NCBI GenBank assembly: GCA_964019335.1
Contig: OZ025653.1
Span: forward strand, 186,001-250,000
Direction: 5' to 3'
DNA from: Diplonema japonicum
Taxonomy: Eukaryota; Protista; Euglenozoa: Diplonemea
Length of the DNA: 64,000 nt
Every line of letters begins with the position of its first letter. The first letter of the stretch is position 1. The position numbers and the translations under genes are program-made. Positions 28,419 through 41,027 of the stretch are shown piece after piece. Under the pieces are notes generated by a model. That model had not been told where the DNA came from, did no database searches, and saw only the letters and a program-made list of their open reading frames with translations.

Positions 28419-31400
28419 CTAAGGAAGGTAGCTTCCATAGTCGTTCTGCGACTGGGTCTGCGAGTAGGTCTGAGCCGACAACGACATCTGAGAGATGGGA
28501 CCGTCTTGCGACTGCGAGATGTTAGGGTACCCCATCTTCTTCCTGTTGCCAGGAAGGTATTCGTCCTGCTGGTTGGAGCGTGCAGTCCTATACGCAGCCA
28601 TCTGCTGGGCGGGGGCTGTGCCCGGCTGGTACACAAAATTCCCAGCATGGGGGTGATGTGTCACATTCTTGTCTTGGACATAAGCCGTGTTGTGTGCCGG
28701 CGCCGAGTACTGTTGCCCAGCGTACATCGGAGGGGCCTGCACTTGCTCTGCAAACTGCGTCGTCAACATGGGCCCCGCAATGCCGTAGTCACCACCGTAC
28801 TTGTTGATAAACTTCCTCGGTTTGGACAGCGATACAAGCGACTGTTTCAGCCCCGTCAATGGACCTTCTACAACAAGCTGCTGCTCTTTAAAATGCACCA
28901 ACAGGTTGTTCCACAGCTGCTGCTTTGACAGCACTTTTGCATTCCCAATCACCACAAGGCCCGACCTTGCCCTCGTCAGTGCCACGTTCAGCCTCCTCGG
29001 GTCGTTCAAGAAACCAATACCCTGGTAGTCGTTGGATCTCACACAGGAAAGGATTATGAACTCCTTCTCTCTCCCCTGGAAGGAGTCTACGCTAGCCACT
29101 TCGATGGAGCTGTAGGCTTCGTTGCGAAGGGGCCCATTCCTAGACATGTAATTCGTGACGTAGCTGCGCTGCCCCTCGTAAGGAGTGATGACACCTATCT
29201 TGTCCGGTGTGACGTTGGCCTGCAGCAGAGCCGTGACGACCTTCTCAACCATGGCAGCCTCCGTTCTGTTCAGGAATGACGTGCTACTGGACGACATTTC
29301 CTCTTGCCCGATGGAGTTGTAGAAGAACATGGGCCGCGAAGGGTCCTGTAGTGCTTTACATGCGAAGACTGCATACCGGCCACGGGAAGTCAATGTTGTT
29401 CGCACGGTCGATCTGCGTAACACCGTTCTGCAGGGTGCCCTCATAAAAGGTGTTGCTGTGAGTGGTGTGGTTAACGATGCTGGCATACCTTGGGAACTCA
29501 CTGAGGCAGGGGTGCATCCTGTACTGCACCTGAAGTCTGATAGGCCTGATACCCAACATGACCAGCCTCTCGAATAGTGAACGTGCCAACCCTGCCTTAG
29601 CTGCCTGCTTGCACATGATTACGGGGCCCAGCTGGCAGTGATCACCAACAAGGACAACCTGCTTAGCACCCAGTACAAGCGGGATGAGGCACTCGGGCTC
29701 GGTCGCTTGTGTAGACTCGTCAACAAGAACCTGCTTGAAGCGCATTCTCGACAGCCTGGAGTCGCCTGAGTTCACTGTCGTGCTGCAAATCACGTCAGCA
29801 GCCGACAAAATCTCATTCTCAATGGCACGCTTGCAGCTGATGTACCTCTTCTCATCTCCCTGCGACAGCTCGCCCACTTCTTCCTTAAGCTTGTAGAGCT
29901 TGCGGATTTCAGAAGACTCAGGAGCACCTGACGCAATCAATTGCATCTGCGTTTTATGTATTTACCAAGATTGCACATACCTGGTGGTGCAGAGTCAGAT
30001 GGTCAACACTGGAGTTTTCACTCTCCCTGCTCCTTGCACACACTCTGACAACCTTCAGTCCGGTGGCGTGGATTTTCTCAGTCAAGTGGTCAACAGCGAC
30101 GTTAGAAGGGGCGCAGGCTAAAATCTGGCCTTGGCTCATCTTTGCTAGGTGGTACACAATGGTTGCCGAGGTGACCGTTTTCCCCGTACCGGGAGGGCCT
30201 TGAATCAGGGATAGGGGCTTCTGAAGTACATTCTTAACGGCAGAGACCTGAGAGTGGTTGAGCTCTGGCAAGCCTTGAACAGAGAAACGCTTGGGCAGGT
30301 TGCCCTTGATGTTCTGTGCCTCGACAGCATGACCAAGCAGTCTGTGGTACAGGAAGGCGCTCACGCTAGTCTCATCTGTTGCGAACGTGCGCAGAGCAGT
30401 CTGCATGCGTTCATATGAAGTCGGCTTCCAAGAGAACTCGATCACCCAGTTCGATGTCATATGTGTGGGCACACCGGAGGTGCGCATCTCGACAGCGACC
30501 CCCTCCCCTGTTGAGATTTTTTGTATTGTTGCGCTCCGGATCCGCTAAATGACCTATCAGAAAAAAGCAAAAAAATTTCCAATTGCTTTTTCTAGGGCTG
30601 GAATAGATTTATTTGCGTCCGGGGCCCAATGCAACAATTGGAATTTATTTTTGTGCCAAAATCGTTTTTGGTGATTTGCCTGACTTTGTACTTTGTTGTT
30701 TTTCCTCCTCTGAAGTGGCTTTATTTTGCAAAGGCGGGATTCGAACCTGCTGAGAAAAAACAACTGCGTTTAGGTACCCACGACCCTGTCCTTCGCCGTC
30801 TGCGACATTTCTTCATTCTTACACTCACTACCCGTTGTCGTTTCTGAAGAAGTAGAAGAAGAATGACTTTGGTTGCTTCGTAAACCTCCTGGCGCAAAAA
30901 TGGCCAAAACCCAAAATGTCTTCCGACAAGATACATAACCACAAAATATTCTTTTTTGGAAAATCTTTTGGAACTCCCTCGGAACTCACCGTTCTTTCAT
31001 GTGCGACACATGGATTTTCTGGAAAAATCTTTTCAGTGAACTTTTGGACACTTTTGATTTTTCGTTGTGTAGCCGCACCCCCCCCAAGGGAAACCACTAG
31101 AAACAAGGCACTTAGCGGATCCAGAACGTTACCATTGCTAACCATACCTGAGATGCCGCTACCCAGCCTCGCAACATGCCCGTACCCCCTCCATGGACCC
31201 CCAATGCTGCCGTCACCGGCATGCTTCAAAATCAGCTCATCACCTGCCACGATCCTCAAGTCGGACTCGTCGCGAGGGAAGTCGAAATACGCCACTTTGC
31301 GTTTGTTCAGCCCTGTCTCCCACTGGATCTGGATCTTCTCCTGCGAGTGCTGCTCTTTGCGCCTGCGGTCATCGTCTGTCTCGAGCTTCACGAGAGGCCC

Positions 31401-32257
31401 CAAGATGTTCTGGTAGTGGTATGCATCTTCATAGTAAAACTGCACGGGAGCAGGCTCGTCGTTCACAGCACCTGCTGTACTTGATATTCATGTCGTGGCA
31501 TACCTTGTGTCTCCAGGTCGACCAGACCCGCATTTGGGTTGACCTTCCACAGTTCTTCCATCTTTGACATCTCTGCTGTACTGATCTGTCGCACCTTACG
31601 CTGCTCGGCTTCAGACGGAGACTTGACCAACCACGACAAGAAGCGTTTATCGTCAATCAGGGGCATCCACTGCGACACGTCCCAGTCCATATCCTGAAGC
31701 TGGTTGGAGTAGAGGCAAGGCTCGCGGCAGAGGAGTACAACGACTGACTCAGACTTGGCGGGGATGAAACCGAGGAGGAAGACGTTTTTGGAGCCGCAGT
31801 TGTAGCATTCGAGGGTGGCGTCGCCGAGGGGGCTCTCAGGGTGGAGTGAAACCTCTTTGTGCTTGGACTTCACAAGGTGGAAGATGATGTGGGACACAGA
31901 GGTCTGGCCACGCCCGTTGCAGAACCATTTCTTGGTGGCGTTACACTTCGCAACGCAAGCAGGGTCGCTGATGCCACAGTAAGTGCACGCCCACTCAGGG
32001 GGCTCCTCGGGGTGCTCATCTTCGTATTCCACTTCGTCATCGAAAGTCATCTTCGGATCCCGCTGCTGAGTCGACAACAGTGTTGCATGGCTCTCCGACA
32101 CCTCCGTGTAGCTGAACTCCGCACCCCTCCCCTTGTCTCCCATGTCAAACCCACCGTCCATCCCCTGACTTGCACCATGATGCGGGTCTAGGAACGCAAA
32201 CTCCCTACTCACATCCGCCACACCTTCATCGTCTCCTTGTGAGTCAAGGAAATCCAT
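28419..32257 (-). CDS. UPF1: Nonsense-mediated decay RNA helicase UPF1 (~1022 aa, 6 exons)
   Basis: CH domain (ACTYCGI..P.CV..C...KWFCNG; [18 protein letters not shown]), [52 protein letters not shown] and an SQ-rich tail. Introns 31472-31503, 30508-31147, 29947-29980, 29456-29488, 29346-29376; exon sum 3069 nt. Confidence 0.96.
30532..31128. mobile_element. Inverted-repeat-bounded ~600-bp insert (MITE-like) inside UPF1 intron 2
   Basis: Arm 30532-30555 (cgctccggatccgctaaatgacct) is the near reverse complement of arm 31106-31128, with an 11-bp perfect core GGATCCGCTAA. The interior lacks the long homopolymers typical of the large spacers. No clear TSD and no transposase ORF. Confidence 0.5.
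30727..30797 (-). other. tRNA-like relic / Pol III B-box
   Basis: GCAGGTTCGAATCCCGC T-arm with canonical GGTTCGAATCC, and a 6-bp acceptor-like pairing GCGAAG/CTTTGC at tRNA-like spacing. The D arm is weak and there is no valid anticodon arm, so this is not a functional tRNA. Confidence 0.35.
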
Positions 32258-32500
32258 GTTTACCCTGCAATGCTTGGCGACAGATCGTTGGTTTATTGAT
32301 TACTACTTAAAACTGAGATTATAAAAAAAAAAAAAAAAAAAGTAAAAAGGAAAAGATAAAGGGCCGTAGGGCACAACTAAGGCACCGTTGTAAAGAGCAA
32401 CACAACAACAAGAAAAAGAAAGGAAAAAAAAAACAGAACTGAATGAACAATGACTCGGGGGGGGGGGGGGGGGGTATTGTGCAGGTCTAAGTTACTTTTC

Positions 32501-35500
32501 TTACCACACATCAGCATCTAAGTGGATGTGGAAGTTGAGACTTTGAATGAGGGAGAACATGGGGTCGAGTTCCTCGCGGATAGCAGCGTCCAGCATGACA
32601 GCCTGCTGGGAGTACCAGTCTTTGTTGAAGCTTTCACTGCCTTTATTGAGATCATAACAAGTTTCAAGGTAAGAAGAGAGTAGTCGCTTGTTGAGAGCTT
32701 GGATGATAAGGGCACGGAGCTTCAGATCGTTGATGGAGTGCCCGGAGCGTGTGGGGGCAGACAAAGATGCAAGCTTCATTCCTATCACATTCTTGACGGT
32801 GTCGAGATCTTCTGCAAGGGCTGACCCGCGTCCGGACTTTCCTGCAACAGTCTCGAGAAACTGCCAGAGGTGTCGTTTCCTGAATCGAGAGGTTCCCTTG
32901 TATCCATGGGACATAATGGCTATGATAGCAGGGCAAATCCTCTCCCGCACTAGTACACCAACCGCATGATGTTTGGTCTCAGCGAATGCCTCTTTCAATT
33001 TCTCGCCTCTCTTTAGATTGTGCTTCGCACGTATCGCCGTCACGTACTTCAGTAGTTGAGTTACTGCAATCTTCAACTTACCCCTCTCACATGCCGTGTT
33101 GAACTCGTGACTATTCGCTAAGATACACAGTGCCTCATCTTCTTCTGCAGCTGCGGATGCCTTCGGCGACAATGCTTCCTGACAACTGGTCACGTCAGGT
33201 TCTTCCTTTGTAATTTCTTCGCTGCCGTCCTTCTCTTTCTCTCTTTCCCTCTCCCTCTCCCTCTCCTCTTCGATTGGACCAAGAGAATCCTCCTTGCTGC
33301 TGACCTGTTCTTCATCTTTCTCGGGTTCCGGCTGTATGTCGTCCACCTTACCAACCGCAGGAGGGGCGGGAAGGACCGGCTTCGCCGGTGCTATTCTCTC
33401 GTCAATCGCCTCCAGGTATTTCAAGTCATCGTTGGAAAGGTGCAGCCCAAAGTCGAATCGCAGCTTTGTAATAACCTTCAGCAGCTTGAACAGTGCTTCC
33501 ATATCGGGCTGGAACAGGAACACTGCGCCTGTCGTGTACATTTCCAAGGCGTCGGTACTGCTTATGATATCTGTGATGACCTCGTAAAACCTCCCTGACT
33601 GCATAAGGTAGTACATGAGGAACCTGTCCAGGTCCGCTTGGGGGTTCAGCTTTTGAACGATCTTGAAGCCTTCTAGAGATCTGTGCACATTGAAAATCTT
33701 TGATTCTAGCGCTGTCAACAGGTCCATCTCAGTCCTGCTTTTTTTGCTCCACAACTTCCCCTTTTGCTTGAGGTTGTACCTCAGGAGATCCATCCATGCA
33801 GTCACGTAGGCACGTGTGTGCGGGTTGTTGGAGTGGCACCGCACGATCCCGTTGCTGTCGAGCTCTGAGGTTTCTATTAATTTCATGATAGTTTCACGCA
33901 GTTGTTGGACCTGTGCCCTTCCCCTCGGTGGGCCTACCTCGTCCAGCAGCGTTGGCTCGGCAATCTCAGAGGGTTCGGGTTCCTCGGGCTCACTTTCAGG
34001 TTGTTGGACGTCAGTTACAGTGACATCTCTGGTCTCGTTTATAAATGGGTTGGCACCTTGGAAAGACCCCGCCTGCTCGTCCTCTTCGCTGTCTATGAAG
34101 GACTTCTCTGAAGCTGCGCCGTCTTCTCCGTCGTCGCTGTCGTCCCCCTCTTCCGAGCCTTCAGGCGCTAAGTTAATAGCTGACTTCACGGTTTCGTTCA
34201 TAGCCTCAGAACGCATGTTGGGGCTTCCAGAACGAAGCTCCATGAGGAGTGTCCTTGCCTTCACAATCACTTCCTGGTCTTCGCCCACGCCCTTCAGCTC
34301 CGCTACCTTTAGTGCTGTCTCCAGCTCTGCCCCAGCCCTGTACTTCATCGCCTCCTCAACTGCTTCGCAAGCTTCAAACATTTCTTTCTTCTTACTGACC
34401 AGTGCCGAGTATGCCAAACGTATCCGCCTGAGCTCTTCCTGCGGGATGCTTCCCCCCCTCGACTTCAGGAACACCAAGTATTCCTTTGCGTCACCGTCCT
34501 CGATGATGTTGTCGACCTCCTTTGTAAGTGCCTTCTTCTCTAGTTCGTCCTTGTCGCCTAAGATGTTGTCCCACCTTCCGAGGATGTCCTCAAACCACCC
34601 GACCGCTTCCTTCAAAGACTCGTGAGAGTTGTGCTTCGCCTGGGACTTCGCGTTCTCCAGCTCAGAAGCGCAGTCTTTCCTTTGCTGCGACGCGGTCAGC
34701 AGGTCGCACTTCAATGTCCCCACCTGGCTGACGTTGTCTTCGTACTGTGCTTTCATTTTCTTCGCTTTCGAGTAGTACTTCTCCGCTATCGATTGGTCAC
34801 GTACTTGCTTCTCAACCTCTTTCTTGTCTAGGCGCTCCTGCATCATCTCGAAACGCTGTCTATTTGCCTCCTCCGCAGCTTTTTCAAAGCTGTCCTGAGC
34901 AGCCTGCCTTTCAACCGATTCGGCCTTGCCCTGAAGGAACGAACGCAAGCTGTTAAGAAGGAACACGGTCATATATCTCTCATCCTCAAGGGAAGGGAAG
35001 CGCTCAATGACGGGCCCCAGATCGACTAGGGTTTGGACAACACTGGCGACTTCTTGCTCGGATGCCTGGTTGAGGTCTTTGAACAACCTGCTAGCAGCAT
35101 TGAGGGAATTCCCTGCTTTGTTGACGACCACCTTCCGCTCTTTGTAGTCGTTCAGCTCTGCATAGGCCACATTGAAGTCCTCGTCCAGGTCACGTTCGGT
35201 GTAGCTCTGCCTCAGTTCTTCCAGGGTCCCTCTATCATTCTTGTTGACACACTCTTTTATCTGCTTCTGTACACATATGCAATGCAGGCTCTCTTGAGCC
35301 ATCATTTTGAGCTCATCTGCGTCTTCTTCCTCGGCGGCGTAGTCGCGGGACCTCCAACGTTGTTTAAACAAGCGCTCCTCGATCTGTGGTGGTACTTTCT
35401 CGTACTCGCTCAGAGCAAGGTTGAGTTCTCGGAAGTTGTCCCAATACTGCTCTTCAAGGGCTGTGTTCTCGCGTTCGCTGCATGTGTGGAAGTCAAGCAG

Positions 35501-38500
35501 GCAGTTGTGCATCGACCGTGCGAGCTTCTTGATCTTCTTGTCGCGGTAAATCTCCACAAGCGCCAAGTCAACATCGTCCCTTACCAGCTCGGTCCACGAT
35601 TGCGATAACAGGCGCGGCATCTCTCCGTAGGAAGGGGTGTCTAGCCATTCCCGAATCATCCTTCGCTGGATGGCGGCAGAAAACCTGAGCTGGTAGTCTA
35701 GAAGCAGATTGCGGTCCGTTAGCGGGAATTGTACTGCCTTCTGCTCCAAAGCCACAAGCGCACTCACCTCCATGCCACAAGACTTCCAGTTTGACCTTGC
35801 AATCAAACTACTCTTTGCCTTTATGTCCTCCAGCATCTTCTTCCTGTTTACAGCCTCTACTTTTTCTTTCTTGAGCAACTTTAATTCATCAGGCCGCTTA
35901 AGCCACGTAGTGGAGTACAGCACGTCCACCAAGGCAGAGGGGTTGGGCACGATATCCAGGGCAACCAGATCTCTCTTGTCATCGTCCTGCCCTTTGTCGA
36001 GACGGCGCTCGGGGTACTTCACAGATGTTCGGAATTTGATTTCCACTTCGCCGGTTGCGATCTCACTGCCGATGTATGTGAAGCCGACGCACTCCGGGGT
36101 GGCTTTACAGATGTCGATGGCCTCTTGCACCGTGCAATGCTTGACAGCGCAGATCAGCCCGTCCTGGTACCTAAGGCGCAAAGGGCACCCGCACAACCGC
36201 GACCACCTTTCAACCGTTCGGAATTCTGGAATAGTATTGTCATTGGATGTTGTGAGCATACCTTTATTGCAGTACGATGTCACTATCGGCTCTAGCTTGA
36301 TGTCGACGGCCTTCTCGAGCAACTCGTCAAATTTCCTGAATTTTCCCGTGTCGATGTACTTCCTGAGCTTAGACAGCAACAGATGCCGTTCATGCACAGC
36401 CGTGACCTTTGCCTTCGCGGCAATGACGCATTCACGTGTATCGTTTGCATAAGTCAACCCCAGCCTCGTGCCTCGCTCCAGCTCGTGCTGAAGGGCTGTT
36501 GGGTCGTCCACTGCGAAGGTGAGCTGCGCCTCAAACCAGGACTGCAGGTGCTGCAGGACAGGAACAGGGTTTGCGCTGAACTTACTACTTTCAACCTTGC
36601 ATCGCACTTCTTTGATGAGGTCGGGTACGTCGTTCTTACCAGGTTTCTCATTCTTTGGCTTTTTATCATTCTTGCTGTACCTGATGCTCAGCTCGTAGTC
36701 CGCATGCTGAAGGGGCGCCCATTCGTCGCGTGCTCTGTTCACTTGTGTGATGTAGTCCTCAGAGCTTTTACTGAACTTCAACCACAAATCGTTCCGCTCC
36801 TCTTTCTCTTTCATAGCAATGGGTGCCCCGTTCGAGAGCGTCGACTCCAACTTCGTCAGCGCCCTGTTCATCATCTTCTTCACTGTCCCTACCGCCACAT
36901 AGCTGGCAGGGAACACCTCGAAGACAATGTGCCCGGGTTCGCAAACGTTCAGCTTCAAAGTGTTTTTGACTTTGAATGCCTCCTCTAGAATGTTTCTTAT
37001 GGTGACTGGGTTCTTCTGGTTCTCTTCAGCTTCGTACCGCAGTGTGACCTCGTAGTCCATCACCTGTGAAGGATAACAATCAGTGCATGTTAGCATACCT
37101 GGGTCACAAGCTCCCTATTCTCATCGTCGTTGACAAGGAGCCCACTGATCTGGTGCAGGCCAATGCGGCGCTTGATCCTGAGCTCTTGACGAGACTCCTG
37201 CATCTCAACAAGCAGGTAAACAGCAGACTCAGTGACTGCCACAAAATGACCCGTCAGAATGATTTTCTGCTTGTTAAGTGCCGTCGCGACAGCAACCCCA
37301 CTGAACAACACCTCTTTATTTTTGTAAGGCTTCAGTAGCTCTAAGACCTTCTCACAGGTCGCAAGGTGTATGTAGTCAGCAGCCTGGGAGACGAGACACT
37401 CCCGTGGAAGGGGATCGCCCTCGTGCTTGCGCTGCAAGATCCTGTACATCGCCGGGTTGCCCACCGAACGCAGTCCCACAAGGCTGACGCTGTGCAGTTT
37501 TGTCTTTTTCATTAGCCTTTTCGAAAGATTCAAGATGAAGACGGTGAGCAGGAGGGCAGACCCCTTACCGGTAAAAGACACGAGGTAGTCATGCTTCTTG
37601 AAAATCAACAACAGAAGGTCCGGCTGCGAAGGGCACTCCACGAGGTACAGCAAATCGGTTATCCTCAGCTGCATGATGCGCGCCTTGGCACTGAGCTTCT
37701 CTTTTGGGCTGCCGCCACTCCCTTGCGGTACGTTGAAGAGGCTGATGTGCAGTGAAGTCAGTACTAGTAGCACCTCGGTGTCATTGAACATGCCCCATGC
37801 GGCGTACCACACTTTTTCTTGAGGGATGTCAAAGTGCTTCTGCTTGCCGCGCACTGCTACTGTGGACTCTGAAGTGTCGGGGTCCTCTGCTCGTGGGTCG
37901 TTCATGAGTTCTTTTAGATGCGTCTCCGCGACTGGTGCGAACACGGCATTTCCTCTGCTGCTTGTCAGCTTCTCTCTGTGTAGCCTGATTTCTTCACATG
38001 CCTTCAGCAGCCCGCCGTGCACCCCTGACCCCGCGGCGTCTGCGATGGAGTCCATGGCACCGATCCACATCCCTGGAAGGTCCTTCGCCATGTGCTTCAC
38101 CCCCTTTGCAACCTTCTTGACATGTTTTGCATCTAGCGTGCCACCCAGCCGTTTGATGCCTTTCCCGAGCTTCTTTCCGTGCTTTGTCAGGGCACCCGTC
38201 ATCTTCTTCGCGCCACCAAATGTCTTGGCAACTGCATCACGCTTCTCCAGCCTGGCGTTCTTCACCATGTAATCGGAGGAAGCGTACTTGACGTCCACCT
38301 GCTGCTTCTTTTCTAGCTGCCGGTACTTCGTCACCACCTGCGGGACCTGTGCTATGAACACTGTGAAGAAAGCATCAGCCCTCCCGGATAGGAGGAGGTC
38401 CCCTGCTTTGTCGCCGTAAGCTGTGCCTGCTTCGACCTGAATTAGGATGTACCGCCTGTCGCCCTTTGCCAGGCGCCTGGGGTCTAGATTGTGCAGGATG

Positions 38501-39871
38501 CCCTTGATGTCCTTGAAATCTATTCTCCGCGTGCCTTGGCTAATTTCACCAGGGGACGGGAAGTAGTAGACAGCTACGTCGGTGACAACGATGAGCTTCT
38601 CTGTCTCCTCGCCGCCCTTGTCCACCTTGCACAGCACGTCTGACATCAGGACGTGCACGTCACCGCTCGCACGCAGTTTAGGGAACAATGCGCTGTTCGT
38701 AGCAACATGCTGGTGGTCGTGCTCGCTGGCCTCGAGCGGCTCGTACCTGTAACAGTGTTGCAGTGCAGTGTTTGTACAGCATACTCATCGTTCTCGCTAC
38801 GCCTGATGGCGGAGAATATATCATTGGACCACCGGACAGTGAACCCAGGGTTCCGCTTCTTCATGACGTGGTTGAAGCAGGTCAGGTCGCTGATACGTTT
38901 GAAGGTGAGAAGGTAGTCGTGCCCCTTAGGCCAGATAATGGCTTCTTGCAGGTTGTCCTTGTTGTTTCGAATAACGTTGGTGACCTGTGTGATGGGAATG
39001 CGTTTCTTGTGGGTGGTGAGGCGGCCCTGTTCGATGATGTAGAGGTCGGAACGGGAGATCATGATGATGCGGTCCTGGTCTTTGTCTTTGGAAGAGCACT
39101 TCACCACGTCGCAGGCGAAGTCGGGGGACGCGATCTTGTAAAGAAGCTGTTTTCGCTTGTCGTCAATAAAAACATGGCTCCCACCGTGAGAAGGAGTGCC
39201 TTCGTCGATGGACTCTCCATGCCCGTGCCCGTGGGTGTCCTCTCGGCGACGGTCTTGTTGATGGTCTTCGGTGTCATCATCTTCATCCGTTTCTTCTTCA
39301 TAATACTCTTCTTCATAATCAGTTTGTGTGGAACAAGTCTCAGTTGAGGTGCTGTCATCGTCGTGTAGATAAGTAGGGATGCCGGTTTCTAAATCGGGTT
39401 CGGAAGGTTCTTCCGTGTCGTCGCTGTCGGTTTCGTCGCATTCATCACCGTCAACATGTTGGATACCTTCGTGTTCAAGGGCGGCTATCCATCGGGAGCG
39501 GCTGGATTCTCCCATGCAGGAGAACAGGTAGTTCTTTCCTTTGTGGTTTCCAGTTGTGTCGCACGTTCGAATGCCGAAACAGTCGGTCAGGATCTCGTCT
39601 GAGCCGTTGATGTCTGCCCTCATCATATCGTAGTGATACAGCTTTTCGATGTCTTCTGTGTTCAGCCGTTTTAGCGGTTGTGCTGAAGGTTCGTTGCTGT
39701 AGCATAGGTATACATTTCTCACATCTGTTACCACTTCTTCCATCCACATGTACCTCTCTTGCCACCTGTTTGTCTTCATCAGATTTCCTAGTTTCTTGAT
39801 CGTTCTCTTCTCCACCTCCGTCCCCCTTGGCTTTCGCACCCAGCCCTCGCATAATCGTTTTCTCTCAGCCA

Positions 39872-39872
<1 letters not shown>
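32501..39872 (-). CDS. Large (~2432 aa) protein: N-terminal PH domain, repeated myosin-TH1/PH-like domains, coiled coil, two C-terminal RUN-like domains
   Basis: Three ORFs are joined in frame by introns 38747-38784 and 37064-37098. PH: CEGWVRKP..WQERY..RSRWIAAL. TH1-like: DRIIMISRSDLYII..RIPI and KLIVVTDVAVYY..RRIDF. RUN: ICPAIIAIMSHG..HLWQFLE..KLRALIIQALNKRLLSSYL..WYSQQAVM. Confidence 0.85.
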
Positions 39873-39913
<41 letters not shown>

Positions 39914-40992
39914 AGGTTTTCACGTTTCAACCATTTTCTTTTTTCTTTTCTTTAGAACAAAAAAAAGTTCGTTTCTTTTCTTTCCGTCCTTTTTTTCTTT
40001 TTTTTTTTATAAACCTTGTAAAGAAAAAAAAAAAGAATAATAAAAAAAAAGGTATAAGATGAAGAAGAAAAAAGCATGGGGGAAACGAAAGAGAGAGACA
40101 ACGTGAGAGGGAAATAAAAAGGAAAAAAAAGGGGGTCAAAAAAGAAAAAAAGAAGGAAAGAAAATGAGTGTGTGGAAGTGAACAATGGAAAAGTCCCTCA
40201 ATTTCCCTTCTTTTAACTTGTTTGGAAATGGAAGAAGAATAATAAAAAAAAAGAAGAAGAAAAAAGGGGGAAGGGAGCAAAAGTAAGGCTAGATTGCCCC
40301 CTTTTTTCTTTCCCCCAAACCTTCTGAGTGCACCCGGGCGGAAAAAAATAGAGAGTGCTAAACTCCATAAGTAATAAGTGCCCCCCCTACGGGTGATCTT
40401 AGATACGAGAGTGAGAAAGGTTTTTACCAATGACATATTAATGTGCCAAAGGCGGCGCAGTATCCCTCCTACCCATGGGAAAAAAAAAACACATAAAAAT
40501 GGGTGAGAACAAAAATAACTACTGGTTATTGAACAATGGGTAGAAAAGAAAATATAATAAAAAGGGAAGGGGGATTTTAAAAAAAAAAAAAAGCAAGAAC
40601 GCCCTTTTTTTTCTCCTTTCTTCTTTCTTCCCCCCCCCCCCCCCCCTCTTCTTTTCTTTTTCCTTCTAACAAAAGGTTAGATGAAAATAAAAAGGTATAG
40701 TGTGTAAAAAAAAAAAAAAAAAAGAAGAACCCCCTGGGTGCCGCGACGCATTCTCAGGAAAATACCCTTTTTACCTTTTCATGACAACTTGTGTTCGAAC
40801 TGTGCGAAGGCCACGAAAAGAGAGGCTAAAGGGGAGGGGCGGGCAAACCAATCAGGTGGAAAACCGAAAGAAAAAATTATTTTTCAAAGAAAAAAAAAAA
40901 AGAAAAGAATATCGACAAATAAAATAAAATAAAAGGGCTTTGTATCCCTTTCCTTTTCTATCCTTATCGCACACGTATTCTCTCAAAATTAA

Positions 40993-41027
<35 letters not shown>

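Noticed and set aside
30727-30797. Functional tRNA gene
   Set aside because: No proper anticodon arm and a mismatched T-stem; kept only as a relic.
1-32257. Functional RNA-metabolism cluster (pseudo-helicase, THOC1, EFL, UPF1)
   Set aside because: Interspersed with unrelated genes over 32 kb; compatible with chance.
32284-32293. AACCAACGAT on the minus strand upstream of UPF1, resembling the start of a diplonemid spliced leader as I recall it
   Set aside because: Only 10 nt; the rest of the SL exon and its donor are absent, so chance is likely.
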